From contig OY759729.1 in the NCBI GenBank assembly GCA_963662585.1, positions 704,001-768,000 on the forward strand: DNA of 64,000 nucleotides, in the 5' to 3' direction. Of this stretch, positions 38,827 through 48,919 are shown piece by piece. Both the position numbers and the translations under genes were made by a program. Each line of letters opens with the position of its first letter. Position 1 is the first letter of the stretch. The notes under the pieces were generated by a model. The model ran no database searches, was not told the origin of the DNA, and worked only from the letters and a program-made list of their open reading frames with translations. Source of the stretch: Candidatus Cloacimonadales bacterium. Its GTDB lineage: Bacteria; Cloacimonadota; Cloacimonadia; Cloacimonadales; JAFGVF01.

Positions 38827-41289
38827 CTACTTCAAAACCATTATTTTACTACTGACTCTATATCTACCAGCTTTTACTTGAATAAAATATATTCCGCTGG
38901 CAACTTGCTTATTATTCTCATTTCGTAAGTTCCAGTTGGTAGAGTATAGCTGGCCATCTGCATAATTAGTTTTAAGTCCTGCATGTCTTTGCATATCTTG
39001 ATAACTGTTTTCTATTGAAATTCTCTTAACTTTCTGCCCTTTTAAGTTATATATTGTTAGAACAGGTTTTTCTTTAATACTCTTTGGTAAAACAAATTCA
39101 ATATTACTCATGCCACTCCCCTTACTCTTGCTTCGAGAAACAGGGTTAGGATAGACTAATATTTGTGGCTTAATGATTGAGGATACTTCATTGTCTTCAT
39201 TATGAACTGGCTCAGAGTTGTATTCAAATACTCCTATATCAACAGCATTTCCCCAGACTCGAGCATTACCAGCTAAGTCTGTACTAGCAAGAAAAGAAGT
39301 ATCTGAAAAACCAGTATCAATACAAGGAGAATTATCTGAAAGCCTATAGTAATCTACATCAGAAACAGTCAAAGAGTCAACATATTCTCCTAAAAAATGA
39401 GGATTTGTACTAAAGAGGTTATCTCCTTGTTCTACATAATCTTCATTCCAATAAAAGGGAGATTCACAGTAAAATAAATTGTTATAAAGGTGGCTATCCA
39501 TAGGAACCCATTGATTATCAACTTTAATTCTATTGCTAAGATTAAGTTCTCCATCAAACAGACATTCAGGGTTATAAAAAATTGAGTTATATATTTTTGC
39601 TCTTCCAGCTGCTCCCGCAAATTCGCGATTCCCATAATTATTAGCAATAGTAGAGTTTGATATTAAGATACTAAAGTCTTCATTAAAAATATTTTTTATT
39701 CCCACAGGTCTAATAGTCCCAGGACCGGTAAAAACATTATTATCAAAAATAAGAGCATTATGCATCTCAAAGGTACAATCGCTATAAAGCTCTTGGTTTA
39801 TATAGTAGTTTAAGAGAGTTGCATCCTCGCCTTGGCAATCTGTGATAATTAGATTTCTGATATCTAAGTTGCTATTAACTGCGTATATCCCTAGTTCATA
39901 ATTATCTCCATGGAACATTTTGTTGTTACGAATGATGATATTGTTCAGGGTATAAGTTCCTTCACTTAAAAGCATGGCTTGAAGATCAGAATAAGTGTGA
40001 GAGTTATTATTTTGGATGATTATGTTTTCTATCTGATAATCACCTCCTCCACTTAGGGAAAATCCAGTAGTATTGATATGTGTTGTTCTATCATACTTTA
40101 AATCATGAATGTAGACATTTTCACCTCCTCCACCCCAAAGAGGAGCATAGCTGTATCCATTACTATTCTGAAAAGTCATTCCTCCAAACTCTAAATTGTT
40201 AGTATATGCTACACCAATATTAACTAAACCATTCTCGCCTTCAATAATAGTCTGATCTATTCCTGCTCCTAAGAGCTTTGTGTTAGACTTTAAACTAAAA
40301 GGAAATCTTTGGTTATTTTGGCTCCAGGAATAAGTTCCTGGGGCTACATGAACAGTATTAGGATTAATCGGGTTTGATTTTATCATCTGCATAGCTCTAA
40401 CCAGAGTCTGCAATGGTTCTTGGGGAGAAGTTCCACTGTTAGCATTAGAACCTAAGGGAGATACATAGACATCTTGATCAATCTCAGGGAAACATGCTTC
40501 TTGAACTGAGATTGTTACATTGCCAATACCTGGTTCATAAGGAGGAGATGAATTCCCTGCATCTAAGACATAATAATTATCAATCTCTTCGAGAACTGCA
40601 GAACCAAGACTTAACTCAATATGGGTACCTTGATAATCATTGTAGTTGCCAATGAAGATATCCATTGCATATATAGCAAAATTATTGAATACACGGAGAT
40701 CATTACACTCAATTTGAGCACCTGAGCTAATACGAAGTCCACCTCCAGCAAGAGCTCTATTTTCAGTGATTTCAACATTTTCGAAATAAACACTTGTATT
40801 GTTGCCATATACGGATATACCTGCTCCCCCTCGAGAAACATTTTTTATAGTCTTTGTGTTTTTTACTTCGACATGGCCTGCATCAAAGATTTTCATCCCC
40901 CCTCCAACAGTATCAATCTCGTGTGTATCCACTACATTCAAATCATCATAATTATTAGAAAAAGTAAAACCATTGACTGTAACATCTTCTCCATTTTCAA
41001 TGCGTAAACATACTTGCCTGTTTCCATCAACAATGGTAGAATCGATATATTCTTGCAAAGGCTCTATTGCATAGAGGCTTTGCAAGGTTAAATCCTTGCC
41101 GTTGGTATTTAATCTTTCTATGTAATGCCCTGGATGAACCAAGATTACATCATTATCGATAGCAGAGTTTATTGCGGATTGAATTGAAGTATAATCTGCA
41201 GTGCCATCTAAATTTACTTCTAACAGAGTACAATCTAACTTACTCATTAATAGTAGAACTATAATAAACAATGTTAATCTTAATTTCAT
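38827..41289 (-). CDS. Secreted parallel beta-helix protein (DUF1565-like, choice-of-anchor Q) with FlgD-Ig/T9SS-A C-terminal domain
   Basis: Signal peptide; YTSIQSAIN, YVSPLGSNANSGTS..PLQT, SPCIDTG...DLAGNARV...VDIGVFE, YPNP...IYNLKGQ...VASGIYF. Confidence 0.88.
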   Translation of the reverse strand: MKLRLTLFIIVLLLMSKLDCTLLEVNLDGTADYTSIQSAINSAIDNDVILVHPGHYIERLNTNGKDLTLQSLYAIEPLQEYIDSTIVDGNRQVCLRIENGEDVTVNGFTFSNNYDDLNVVDTHEIDTVGGGMKIFDAGHVEVKNTKTIKNVSRGGAGISVYGNNTSVYFENVEITENRALAGGGLRISSGAQIECNDLRVFNNFAIYAMDIFIGNYNDYQGTHIELSLGSAVLEEIDNYYVLDAGNSSPPYEPGIGNVTISVQEACFPEIDQDVYVSPLGSNANSGTSPQEPLQTLVRAMQMIKSNPINPNTVHVAPGTYSWSQNNQRFPFSLKSNTKLLGAGIDQTIIEGENGLVNIGVAYTNNLEFGGMTFQNSNGYSYAPLWGGGGENVYIHDLKYDRTTHINTTGFSLSGGGDYQIENIIIQNNNSHTYSDLQAMLLSEGTYTLNNIIIRNNKMFHGDNYELGIYAVNSNLDIRNLIITDCQGEDATLLNYYINQELYSDCTFEMHNALIFDNNVFTGPGTIRPVGIKNIFNEDFSILISNSTIANNYGNREFAGAAGRAKIYNSIFYNPECLFDGELNLSNRIKVDNQWVPMDSHLYNNLFYCESPFYWNEDYVEQGDNLFSTNPHFLGEYVDSLTVSDVDYYRLSDNSPCIDTGFSDTSFLASTDLAGNARVWGNAVDIGVFEYNSEPVHNEDNEVSSIIKPQILVYPNPVSRSKSKGSGMSNIEFVLPKSIKEKPVLTIYNLKGQKVKRISIENSYQDMQRHAGLKTNYADGQLYSTNWNLRNENNKQVASGIYFIQVKAGRYRVSSKIMVLK

Positions 41290-41305
41290 AATGTATCCTT
41301 TTTTA

Positions 41306-41335
41306 ATTGCAGAGCTTCATGTGAAGCTCTGCAAT
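41306..41335. promoter_or_regulatory. Perfect 14-bp inverted repeat just upstream of the RBS
   Basis: ATTGCAGAGCTTCA-TG-TGAAGCTCTGCAAT; minus-strand TTGACA near 41385-41390. Confidence 0.5.
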
Positions 41336-41405
41336 ATAATGGTTATTTTATCAATTTTTTTATTTCATCAAAATCATTTTTCTTGTCAATTTCTTTTTAT
41401 CTGTC

Positions 41406-41934
41406 AGTCGGAAGTCGCTACTTCGTGAGCAACTCCCGTCATTCGAGTTGGAGACCGGAGTTCCTCAGCCCTAGGCAAGGGACTTCGGACGAATATAGAT
41501 CTTGCAAGTTTGGGTAATAAGTGTTTTTCTCTTAAATTCTTACTTTCACTTCCTCTTTGTGGCTTGTTAACTTGATCTTTCTTGTTTTGAGCTTTTACTT
41601 GTCTTTTTTCTTTAATAGCTTGACGACTAATCCCTCTATAATATTCTCTGACAAAATGAATCCAGTCTGACTTAGTACTTCTTCCTTTTTTTTCCTTTTT
41701 TTCACCCAGGGTTGCGATACTTTCAGCATCTTACCCTGGGCTAAATTATTTTATCCCTTTCAGGGATTTTTGATGAATCAATATAGTAATGAAATATTCT
41801 CATTTCCCTATATAATTCCCACCAGACTTGAACTTGAGCCTGCTTTTTGTTGGAGACCGGAGTTCCTCAGCCGTAGGCAAGGGACTTCGGGTGAAGAGTG
41901 TCGGAAGTCGCTACTCCGTGAGCAACTCCCGTCA
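41406..41934. repeat. REP-like modules (two families each present twice in swapped order, plus a CCCAGGG module)
   Basis: GTCGGAAGTCGCTACT.CGTGAGCAACTCCCGTCA at ~41407 and ~41899; GGAGACCGGAGTTCCTCAGCC.TAGGCAAGGGACTTCGG at ~41449 and ~41852, inverted at ~50116. Confidence 0.85.
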
Positions 41935-42071
41935 CTCTTCATATAATCTTACTTGTAACTTTCTATTATTCAAGCAATATGCTATAATGAAAGTCTCTTA
42001 TTTACCACCAAACTTGAACAAGAGCCAAAATGCTCCGTAACCTTCTTGCCAAGAAAAGAGATTTAATAAAA

Positions 42072-42097
42072 CAAAGGGACTGATTTCTCAGTCCCTC
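42072..42097 (-). terminator. ppdK terminator
   Basis: AGGGACTGA...TCAGTCCCT stem with T tract on the minus strand. Confidence 0.8.
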
Positions 42098-42123
42098 TTT
42101 TATATATTAATTTTTTAGATTAA

Positions 42124-44853
42124 TTATCTAGGATTTTTAACAGCAGCTTGAGCAGCAGCTAATCTAGCGATAGGCACACGGAAAGGTGAGCATGAAACAT
42201 AGTTCATACCAACACCGTGACAGAATTCAACTGAAGTTGGTTCTCCACCATGTTCGCCACAGATTCCTACTTTAAGGTCAGGTCTAGTAGATCTACCTTT
42301 TTCAGTACCCATTTTAACAAGTTGGCCAACACCTACTTGGTCTAACTTTTGGAATGGATCATCTTTCAAGATACCTTTTTCAAGGTAAACAGGTAAGAAT
42401 TTACCAGCATCGTCACGAGAGTAACCGAAAGTCATCTGTGTTAAATCGTTAGTACCGAAAGAGAAGAATTCAGCGTGTTTAGCTATAGCATCAGCAGTTA
42501 AAGCAGCTCTAGGAATTTCAATCATAGTACCAACCATGAAATCTACTCTTGAAGCTTTTTCTGTGAATACAGTTTCAGCAGTTTCTCTAATAATAGTCTC
42601 TTGAAGTTGGAATTCTTCAACAGTACCGATAAGAGGAACCATGATTTCAGGATGTACATCAACACCTTCTTTTTTCACATTAACTGCAGCTTCGATAATT
42701 GCACGAGCTTGCATTGCAGTGATTTCAGGATATGTGTTACCTAGACGACAACCTCTATGACCGAGCATTGGGTTAAACTCAGCAAGTTCTTCAACTTTAG
42801 CTTTAACTTCTTCAACAGAAATTCCCATTTCGTCAGCCATGATTTTTTGGTTTTCTTCCTCATGAGGTACAAATTCGTGAAGAGGTGGATCTAACAATCT
42901 GATAGTAACACCAAATCCGTCCATTGCTCTAAAGATACCTTCGAAATCTTCTCTTTGGAAAGGAAGAATTTTAGCAAGAGCAATTTCTCTTCCTGCTTGA
43001 TCTTCGGAGAGAATCATTTCACGAACTGCTTTGATTCTTTCACCTTCAAAGAACATGTGTTCTGTACGGCAAAGACCAATACCTTGAGCACCAAAGTTAC
43101 GAGCTACAAGAGCATCATTTGGTGTATCAGCATTAGTTCTAACATACATATTAGAATATTTATCTGCAATAGTCATTAACTTGCCAAATGTACCTGATAA
43201 TTCAGGGTCGATAGTTTTGATTTGGCCGTCATAAACTTCACCAGTTGAACCGTTAAGAGAAATGAAATCATTTTCTTTATAAACTTTACCATCAATAGTT
43301 AAAGTTCTTTCACGGTAGTTGATTCTTAAAGCACCAACACCAGAAACACAACATTTACCCATACCACGAGCAACCACAGCAGCGTGAGAAGTCATACCAC
43401 CACGAGCAGTTAAAATACCTTCAGCTGAATCCATACCTGATAAATCTTCAGGAGATGTTTCGATTCTAACTAAGATAATTTTTTCACCAGCAGCATATCT
43501 ATTTACAGCTTCATCAGAGAAGAAACAGATTTTACCTGTTGCAGCACCAGGAGAAGCTGGAAGACCTTTAGCAAGTACTTTTGCTGAAGAAACAGCATCT
43601 TTATCAAATACAGGGTGAAGAAGTTCATCTAATTTGTTAGGTTCAACTCTTAAAATAGCAGTTTTTTCATCAATAAAACCTTCTTCAACCATTTCTACAG
43701 CCATTCTTACCATAGCTGCACCTGTTCTCTTACCATTTCTGGTTTGAAGTAACCATAATTTACCATCTTGGATAGTAAATTCAAGATCTTGCATATCTTT
43801 ATAGTGGTTTTCTAATTTTTCTTGAATATCATTTAATTCTTTATATACAACAGGCATTGTCTCTTCTAATGAAGGGAATTTAGCAGCTCTTTCTTCTTCA
43901 GAAACGCCAGCTAATTTAGCCCATCTGCGTGAACCTTCAAGAGTAATTTCTTGAGGAGTTCTTACACCAGCAACCACATCTTCACCTTGAGCATTGATTA
44001 AATACTCACCATTGAAGATATTTTCACCAGTACCAGCATCACGAGTAAAAGCAACACCAGTAGCTGAATTATCGCCCATGTTACCATAAACCATGGCTTG
44101 AACATTAACTGCAGTTCCCCATTCGCCAGGAATAGAGTTCATTTTTCTATAATAGATAGCTCTATCATTGTTCCAGCTTCCAAATACTGCAAATACTGCA
44201 CCCCATAATTGATCCCATGGATCATTTGGGAAATCATTACCTGTATTTTCTTTAACTGCTACTTTGAATCTAGCAACTAAATCTTTTAAATCTTCAACTG
44301 TTAAATCCAAGTCACTATCAATATTTTTTTCTTCTTTAATTGCTTCAATAATCTCTTCAAATGGATCGATATCTTCTTTTGATTTTGGTTTCATATCCAT
44401 AACAACATCGCCATACATCTGTACGAAACGACGGTAAGAATCCCATGCAAATCTGTCATTACCTGTTCTTTTGGCAATTCCTTCAACTGCATCATCATTT
44501 AATCCTAAGTTTAGAACTGTGTCCATCATACCTGGCATAGAAATTCTAGCACCTGAGCGAACTGAAAGTAAAAGAGGATTTTCATTAGAACCAAATTTAG
44601 TACCAAGAATATTCTCTAAATTTGCTATTGCTTTTTCAATTTCAGCTTTTAATAACTCTTTTGATTTGTCTTGTCCTACTTTATTGTATTCAGTACATAC
44701 ATCAGTAGTGATTGTGAATCCTGGAGGTACAGGAACACCTATCAAGTTCATCTCTGCTAAATTAGCACCTTTTCCTCCGAGAAGGTTTTTCATTGTGCTG
44801 TTACCTTCTGCTTTTCCATCGCCAAATAAATAAACGCGCTTCATGTCGGACAT
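42124..44853 (-). CDS. ppdK: Pyruvate, phosphate dikinase
   Basis: GGKGANLAEM, SVRSGA.ISMPGMMDT, GGMTSHAAVVARG (phospho-His), GLCRTEHMF, GTNDLTQ, GICGEHGG; start 44853 with GGAGG RBS. Confidence 0.98.
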   Translation of the reverse strand: MSDMKRVYLFGDGKAEGNSTMKNLLGGKGANLAEMNLIGVPVPPGFTITTDVCTEYNKVGQDKSKELLKAEIEKAIANLENILGTKFGSNENPLLLSVRSGARISMPGMMDTVLNLGLNDDAVEGIAKRTGNDRFAWDSYRRFVQMYGDVVMDMKPKSKEDIDPFEEIIEAIKEEKNIDSDLDLTVEDLKDLVARFKVAVKENTGNDFPNDPWDQLWGAVFAVFGSWNNDRAIYYRKMNSIPGEWGTAVNVQAMVYGNMGDNSATGVAFTRDAGTGENIFNGEYLINAQGEDVVAGVRTPQEITLEGSRRWAKLAGVSEEERAAKFPSLEETMPVVYKELNDIQEKLENHYKDMQDLEFTIQDGKLWLLQTRNGKRTGAAMVRMAVEMVEEGFIDEKTAILRVEPNKLDELLHPVFDKDAVSSAKVLAKGLPASPGAATGKICFFSDEAVNRYAAGEKIILVRIETSPEDLSGMDSAEGILTARGGMTSHAAVVARGMGKCCVSGVGALRINYRERTLTIDGKVYKENDFISLNGSTGEVYDGQIKTIDPELSGTFGKLMTIADKYSNMYVRTNADTPNDALVARNFGAQGIGLCRTEHMFFEGERIKAVREMILSEDQAGREIALAKILPFQREDFEGIFRAMDGFGVTIRLLDPPLHEFVPHEEENQKIMADEMGISVEEVKAKVEELAEFNPMLGHRGCRLGNTYPEITAMQARAIIEAAVNVKKEGVDVHPEIMVPLIGTVEEFQLQETIIRETAETVFTEKASRVDFMVGTMIEIPRAALTADAIAKHAEFFSFGTNDLTQMTFGYSRDDAGKFLPVYLEKGILKDDPFQKLDQVGVGQLVKMGTEKGRSTRPDLKVGICGEHGGEPTSVEFCHGVGMNYVSCSPFRVPIARLAAAQAAVKNPR

Positions 44854-44958
44854 TATTCCTCCCAATTATTTTAGGTTTATATCATTATATATTAATACTT
44901 TATATTTGTATTTTATCACCTAAACATATCTAATAAAACTTGCAAATCTGTCAATAAT

Positions 44959-45387
44959 TTATTTTGGGCCCTTACCAACTTGGAATTTACCTTTAAAATA
45001 TTTTTCCTTTATAGATTGTGAATTTTCTAAAAAGTGATCTATGCCTTGACTTTTAATTAAAGCCAAATTATAAACTTTTAGATTATGTGGGTATTGGTTA
45101 GCTGCCTCAGCACAAGGTAGAAGCTTTTCGCAAGGGAAATCTTCGCATTCGAAGCAATAGCGTAAATCCATTTCTTCTGCACATTTGTAAGTCTCACACT
45201 TTTCTGCCATTATTGAACATTTCCCATTATTAGCATTACAACCAGAGCAAGGTAAGAACTCTTGGGGAATTCCTTTTGAAACTAAAAAATCAAATAAGTC
45301 TTGATTATCGCGACACAAATATAACTCACAAATACTACAGTCCAATCCACATTTTGCCACTAATCCTTCTCTTTGATTTGAATTCAT
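44959..45387 (-). CDS. DUF3795 cysteine-rich protein
   Basis: CGLDCSIC, CSGC, C...KC, CFECEDFPC. Confidence 0.85.
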   Translation of the reverse strand: MNSNQREGLVAKCGLDCSICELYLCRDNQDLFDFLVSKGIPQEFLPCSGCNANNGKCSIMAEKCETYKCAEEMDLRYCFECEDFPCEKLLPCAEAANQYPHNLKVYNLALIKSQGIDHFLENSQSIKEKYFKGKFQVGKGPK

Positions 45388-45625
45388 TCTTCTCTCCCAA
45401 AAATTATGAAATTATTCTAACGAATAAGAGCAACTAATACCTTTGGTATTAATTAACTGTCTTACACCGAATTATATTTAATTATTGAATATTCTTTTTG
45501 TCAAGTTAATTCTTTTTAACAGAAAATATTCTATTGTGAAAAGCTTTTCTTGAATTTGCTACTTTTCCCTTTTCGGTACTTCTCTACAAATAAGTACATT
45601 CTTTTTTAAAAATTAGTTTTTTTTC

Positions 45626-45653
45626 TTGACACATAACCAAGCTTGCGTATTAT
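45626..45653 (+). promoter_or_regulatory. Sigma70-type promoter
   Basis: TTGACA-N16-TATTAT upstream of the small ORF at 45699. Confidence 0.55.
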
Positions 45654-45698
45654 TATACCATAAGTATAGTTGATGATATGTTAAGTAAAGGAGATTGC

Positions 45699-45839
45699 AT
45701 GTATTTATCGATAATTAGACTAAAAGAGAAGTTCTTTTTTGCCATGACAGAACTTTTTATTTCAAAAAAGAAGAATAGCGAAATCTACTATGATAAAGAT
45801 TTACAGAGATATCGAGAAGAAAAACATATATGGTATTAA
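45699..45839 (+). CDS. Small hypothetical protein (46 aa), below the ORF-track cutoff
   Basis: AAAGGAG RBS; MYLSIIRLKEKFFFAMTELFISKKKNSEIYYDKDLQRYREEKHIWY*. Confidence 0.55.
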   Translation: MYLSIIRLKEKFFFAMTELFISKKKNSEIYYDKDLQRYREEKHIWY

Positions 45840-45897
45840 TTATTAAAAAATCTTGATAATATCATCAACTAACTTTAAAAATAAGCTGGGGGTAATA

Positions 45898-46602
45898 ATG
45901 GAAGTCTCTGAATTAAAACTAAGTAATGTAATTGATATAGCAACTGGGCTTGGGCAATTTATTAACTATTTGCTTGCAGAAAACGCTAGTATTGAATCAA
46001 TAATCGGCATAGATACTTGTGAAAACAGCATTGCTCAGGCAGTGAAAAACTTCAATGATCCAAGAGTATCTTTTGCTGTTGCTGATGCTAGCAAGCTAAA
46101 TTTTGAACCTAATAGTTTCTCTGCAGTTACCATTAATAATTCTCTCCACCATTTTGAAGATATTAAAAATGTTTTAGATGAGGCGAGAAGGATTCTCTCT
46201 CCTAGAGGCTATCTCATAGTTAATGAGATGTGTAGTGATAATAACCAATCTCCTGCTCAGCTATCCCATATTATGATTCATCATTGGTTTGCTAAGTTAG
46301 ATAAATATATGAATAGATTCCATGATTTAACTTTTAACACACATAAAATAAGCAAATTGATTTCTGATAATGGATTTAGAATAATTCATCAAAAGATTTA
46401 TGATTCTGAGCTAGCTGACCCTAAAAATGAGAAACTAATTGAGAACTATACCAATACAATCCTAACTACCAAAAAAAGATTAGAAAATAATAATAATATC
46501 CCCAAGTCATTACTTGATGAGGCTGAGAGTATAGTAGAGCATCTTCAACTGCATGGATTTTCTCCTGCCCGAAGTGTTTTAATAATTGCTGAAAAGAACT
46601 AA
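45898..46602 (+). CDS. Class I SAM-dependent methyltransferase
   Basis: IDIATGLG, GIDT, ADA, NSLHHF...RILSPRG; probable start ATG 45898. Confidence 0.88.
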   Translation: MEVSELKLSNVIDIATGLGQFINYLLAENASIESIIGIDTCENSIAQAVKNFNDPRVSFAVADASKLNFEPNSFSAVTINNSLHHFEDIKNVLDEARRILSPRGYLIVNEMCSDNNQSPAQLSHIMIHHWFAKLDKYMNRFHDLTFNTHKISKLISDNGFRIIHQKIYDSELADPKNEKLIENYTNTILTTKKRLENNNNIPKSLLDEAESIVEHLQLHGFSPARSVLIIAEKN

Positions 46603-46611
46603 GAGGTATAA

Positions 46612-47856
46612 ATGAAGATAGAAATTAAGAAAGTAACAGAAGTCGATAATAAGAGAACTTATCAGATTTTTGGAAATTCTTATCCTGATATGAGCTCTCC
46701 TCAAGAGAGAATAAATGCTTGGTTTGATGAGATAACTAAAGAATCTACTTCTCGTAACTTGTGGGGAGCTTTTATAGATAAGCAAGAAGTTGGAGCTTTT
46801 ATCACTTACGATTTTCAGCTTAACTTTCGAGGACAAGTCATTCCTGCCGGTGGCATTGGAGCTGTAGCTGTGGATTTACTACATAAAAAAGAGAAAGTCT
46901 GTAAGCAAATGATAGAGTTTTACGAAAACTATTATAGAGAAAGAGGCATTAATCTTTTGGTTCTATATCCCTTTAGGCCTGACTTTTACAAGAATATGGG
47001 CTTTGGCTTAGGATCAACTTTGCATACTTATTCTATAGATCCACATCAATTCCCTAAATATTCCAAGACAAATAACTTATTCTATGCAAGAATTGAGGAT
47101 TTAGCAGAAATTACCCATTTCTATAATCAAGAGGCTAGGATAGTGCATGGGGCAATGCTTAGGGAAGAGAGAGAATTTAAAGGCTACTTGCAAAATCCCA
47201 AAATGAGATGCATTATTCATCGCCTTAATGGTATTATTGACGGATATTTATTCTTTAGTTTTACTGAAAGACTTCCTCATGATCAGGGAAGTTATGATCT
47301 CAAAATTAAGGAAATGCAATATGAGAATCATAAGGTTTGGAAACAATTTTCTACTTTTCTCAATTCTCAATCTGACCAAGTAAAAAGAGTTCAATATACT
47401 TGCTTTGATTCAGATTTTTATCACTACTTTGACAATCCAACTAATGAATCTAAGCTCCATTATCACCAAATCTATCAGAATGTTAGCCTAGAAAAGACAG
47501 GATTGATGTATAAGATTACTAACCCACTCAAATTCTTTAATTCATTAGAAGCAAATCTATTTGAAAAAAGCGATTTAGTTATCAGATTTGAACTTGAAAA
47601 TGAATTATTTCCAAAAAATAAAAAATATATATTGACTTATAATTTTGCTTTAAATAAAGTTGTAAAAATAGAAGCAAATCCAGATCTTACTATTAAAATG
47701 ACCTTAGCAAGATTCTCTTCCATTCTTATGGGAGCTCTTTCTTTTAGTTCTGCAGTAAAACATGGATTAGTTGAAATCGATAACGAACAACAAATTGATT
47801 GTGTTGATAAGTTATTAAGAACAAAGAATATGCCTGTTGGCTATAACGAGTTCTAA
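46612..47856 (+). CDS. Eis-family GNAT acetyltransferase with SCP2-like C-terminus
   Basis: GGIGAVAVDLLHKKE, LYPFRPDFYKNMGFG; ~410-aa Eis architecture ending in F. Confidence 0.88.
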   Translation: MKIEIKKVTEVDNKRTYQIFGNSYPDMSSPQERINAWFDEITKESTSRNLWGAFIDKQEVGAFITYDFQLNFRGQVIPAGGIGAVAVDLLHKKEKVCKQMIEFYENYYRERGINLLVLYPFRPDFYKNMGFGLGSTLHTYSIDPHQFPKYSKTNNLFYARIEDLAEITHFYNQEARIVHGAMLREEREFKGYLQNPKMRCIIHRLNGIIDGYLFFSFTERLPHDQGSYDLKIKEMQYENHKVWKQFSTFLNSQSDQVKRVQYTCFDSDFYHYFDNPTNESKLHYHQIYQNVSLEKTGLMYKITNPLKFFNSLEANLFEKSDLVIRFELENELFPKNKKYILTYNFALNKVVKIEANPDLTIKMTLARFSSILMGALSFSSAVKHGLVEIDNEQQIDCVDKLLRTKNMPVGYNEF

Positions 47857-47893
47857 ATACTTATCCTCCTCTCATATATCTAAATCACATCCG

Positions 47894-47921
47894 AGAAAGC
47901 CGAAGCAATTCGGCTTTTCTT
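47894..47921 (+). terminator. Rho-independent terminator
   Basis: AAAGCCGAA-GCAA-TTCGGCTTT followed by TCTTT. Confidence 0.8.
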
Positions 47922-47952
47922 TGATTCTTATCACTAAATTGAGGTAAATATA

Positions 47953-48861
47953 ATGACTATGCAAGAAGTTTTAGACGAGTATCTAAAATATCTACAAGCC
48001 TTAGGAAAAAGTACTAATACTATTGAAGCATACAGAAGTGACCTTGACCAGTTTCTTGTTTTTGTGATAGAGAATTATGATAACACCCTCTCATTACAAG
48101 ATATAGACAGACATATAATCCGTGATTTCATGGCTTATCTCTCCGAAAGTTTAGATAATGGCAATAGATCAATATCCAGAAAATTAACTGCTATTAAAGG
48201 ATTTTTCAAATATTGCTTATATCACAAGTATATACTCCAAAACCCAACCCTTACCATGAAAAACCCTAAATATGAGAAAAAAATACCTCAATTCTTCTCT
48301 GAACAAGATATGGAGCTTCTACTTTCACTTCCTGACTTATCTTCCAAATATGGAGTTAGAAATCTTGCCATTCTAGAGTTATTCTATTCGTCAGGACTAA
48401 GAATTTCAGAGTTAATTATTCTCACCTTAGAGAGTATAGATTTTCAAAGAAAGATTATCAAAGTGCATGGAAAAGGAGATAAAACTCGCTTAGTCCCTGT
48501 AGGAAATAAAGCTATTGAAGCGATTCAAAACTACCTTCATCTTCGAGAATCCTTTGCTTCAAAATACAGCGATAATATTCTTTTCCTTTCTAAAACAGGG
48601 AAAGCTCTCGATAGACTAGAATTATCCACAATCCTTAGTCAGTATATAAAACTGGTTGGACAGCAGAAGGGTTATTCTCCTCATACTCTTCGACATACTT
48701 TTGCTACTCACATGCTTAGTAATGGAGCTGATTTAAGAGCTATTCAAGAGATGTTGGGCCATGCAAACCTTTCTACTACCGAGATTTACACCCATGTTAC
48801 TATGAAAGATTTGACTAAGACAGTGAATGATTTGCACCCCAGAAGTAAGAAAAAGAATTGA
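47953..48861 (+). CDS. xerC: Tyrosine recombinase XerC/XerD family
   Basis: GLRISE, GKGDKTR, SPHTLRHTFATHML..GADLRAIQEMLGH..LSTTEIYT; catalytic residues intact; housekeeping length. Confidence 0.88.
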   Translation: MTMQEVLDEYLKYLQALGKSTNTIEAYRSDLDQFLVFVIENYDNTLSLQDIDRHIIRDFMAYLSESLDNGNRSISRKLTAIKGFFKYCLYHKYILQNPTLTMKNPKYEKKIPQFFSEQDMELLLSLPDLSSKYGVRNLAILELFYSSGLRISELIILTLESIDFQRKIIKVHGKGDKTRLVPVGNKAIEAIQNYLHLRESFASKYSDNILFLSKTGKALDRLELSTILSQYIKLVGQQKGYSPHTLRHTFATHMLSNGADLRAIQEMLGHANLSTTEIYTHVTMKDLTKTVNDLHPRSKKKN

Positions 48862-48887
48862 GAATTGAGAATTGAGAATTGAGAATT
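48854..48887 (+). repeat. Heptamer tandem repeat (AGAATTG)x~5 overlapping the xerC stop codon
   Basis: Four perfect units and one imperfect unit. Confidence 0.9.
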
Positions 48888-48919
48888 TGAAGAAAGAGGA
48901 ATATATCCAGGAGTTTTCG

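Noticed and set aside
47953..48861. Integrase of a prophage or genomic island
   Set aside because: Housekeeping XerC/D signature; no phage or conjugation genes and no att/tRNA site seen
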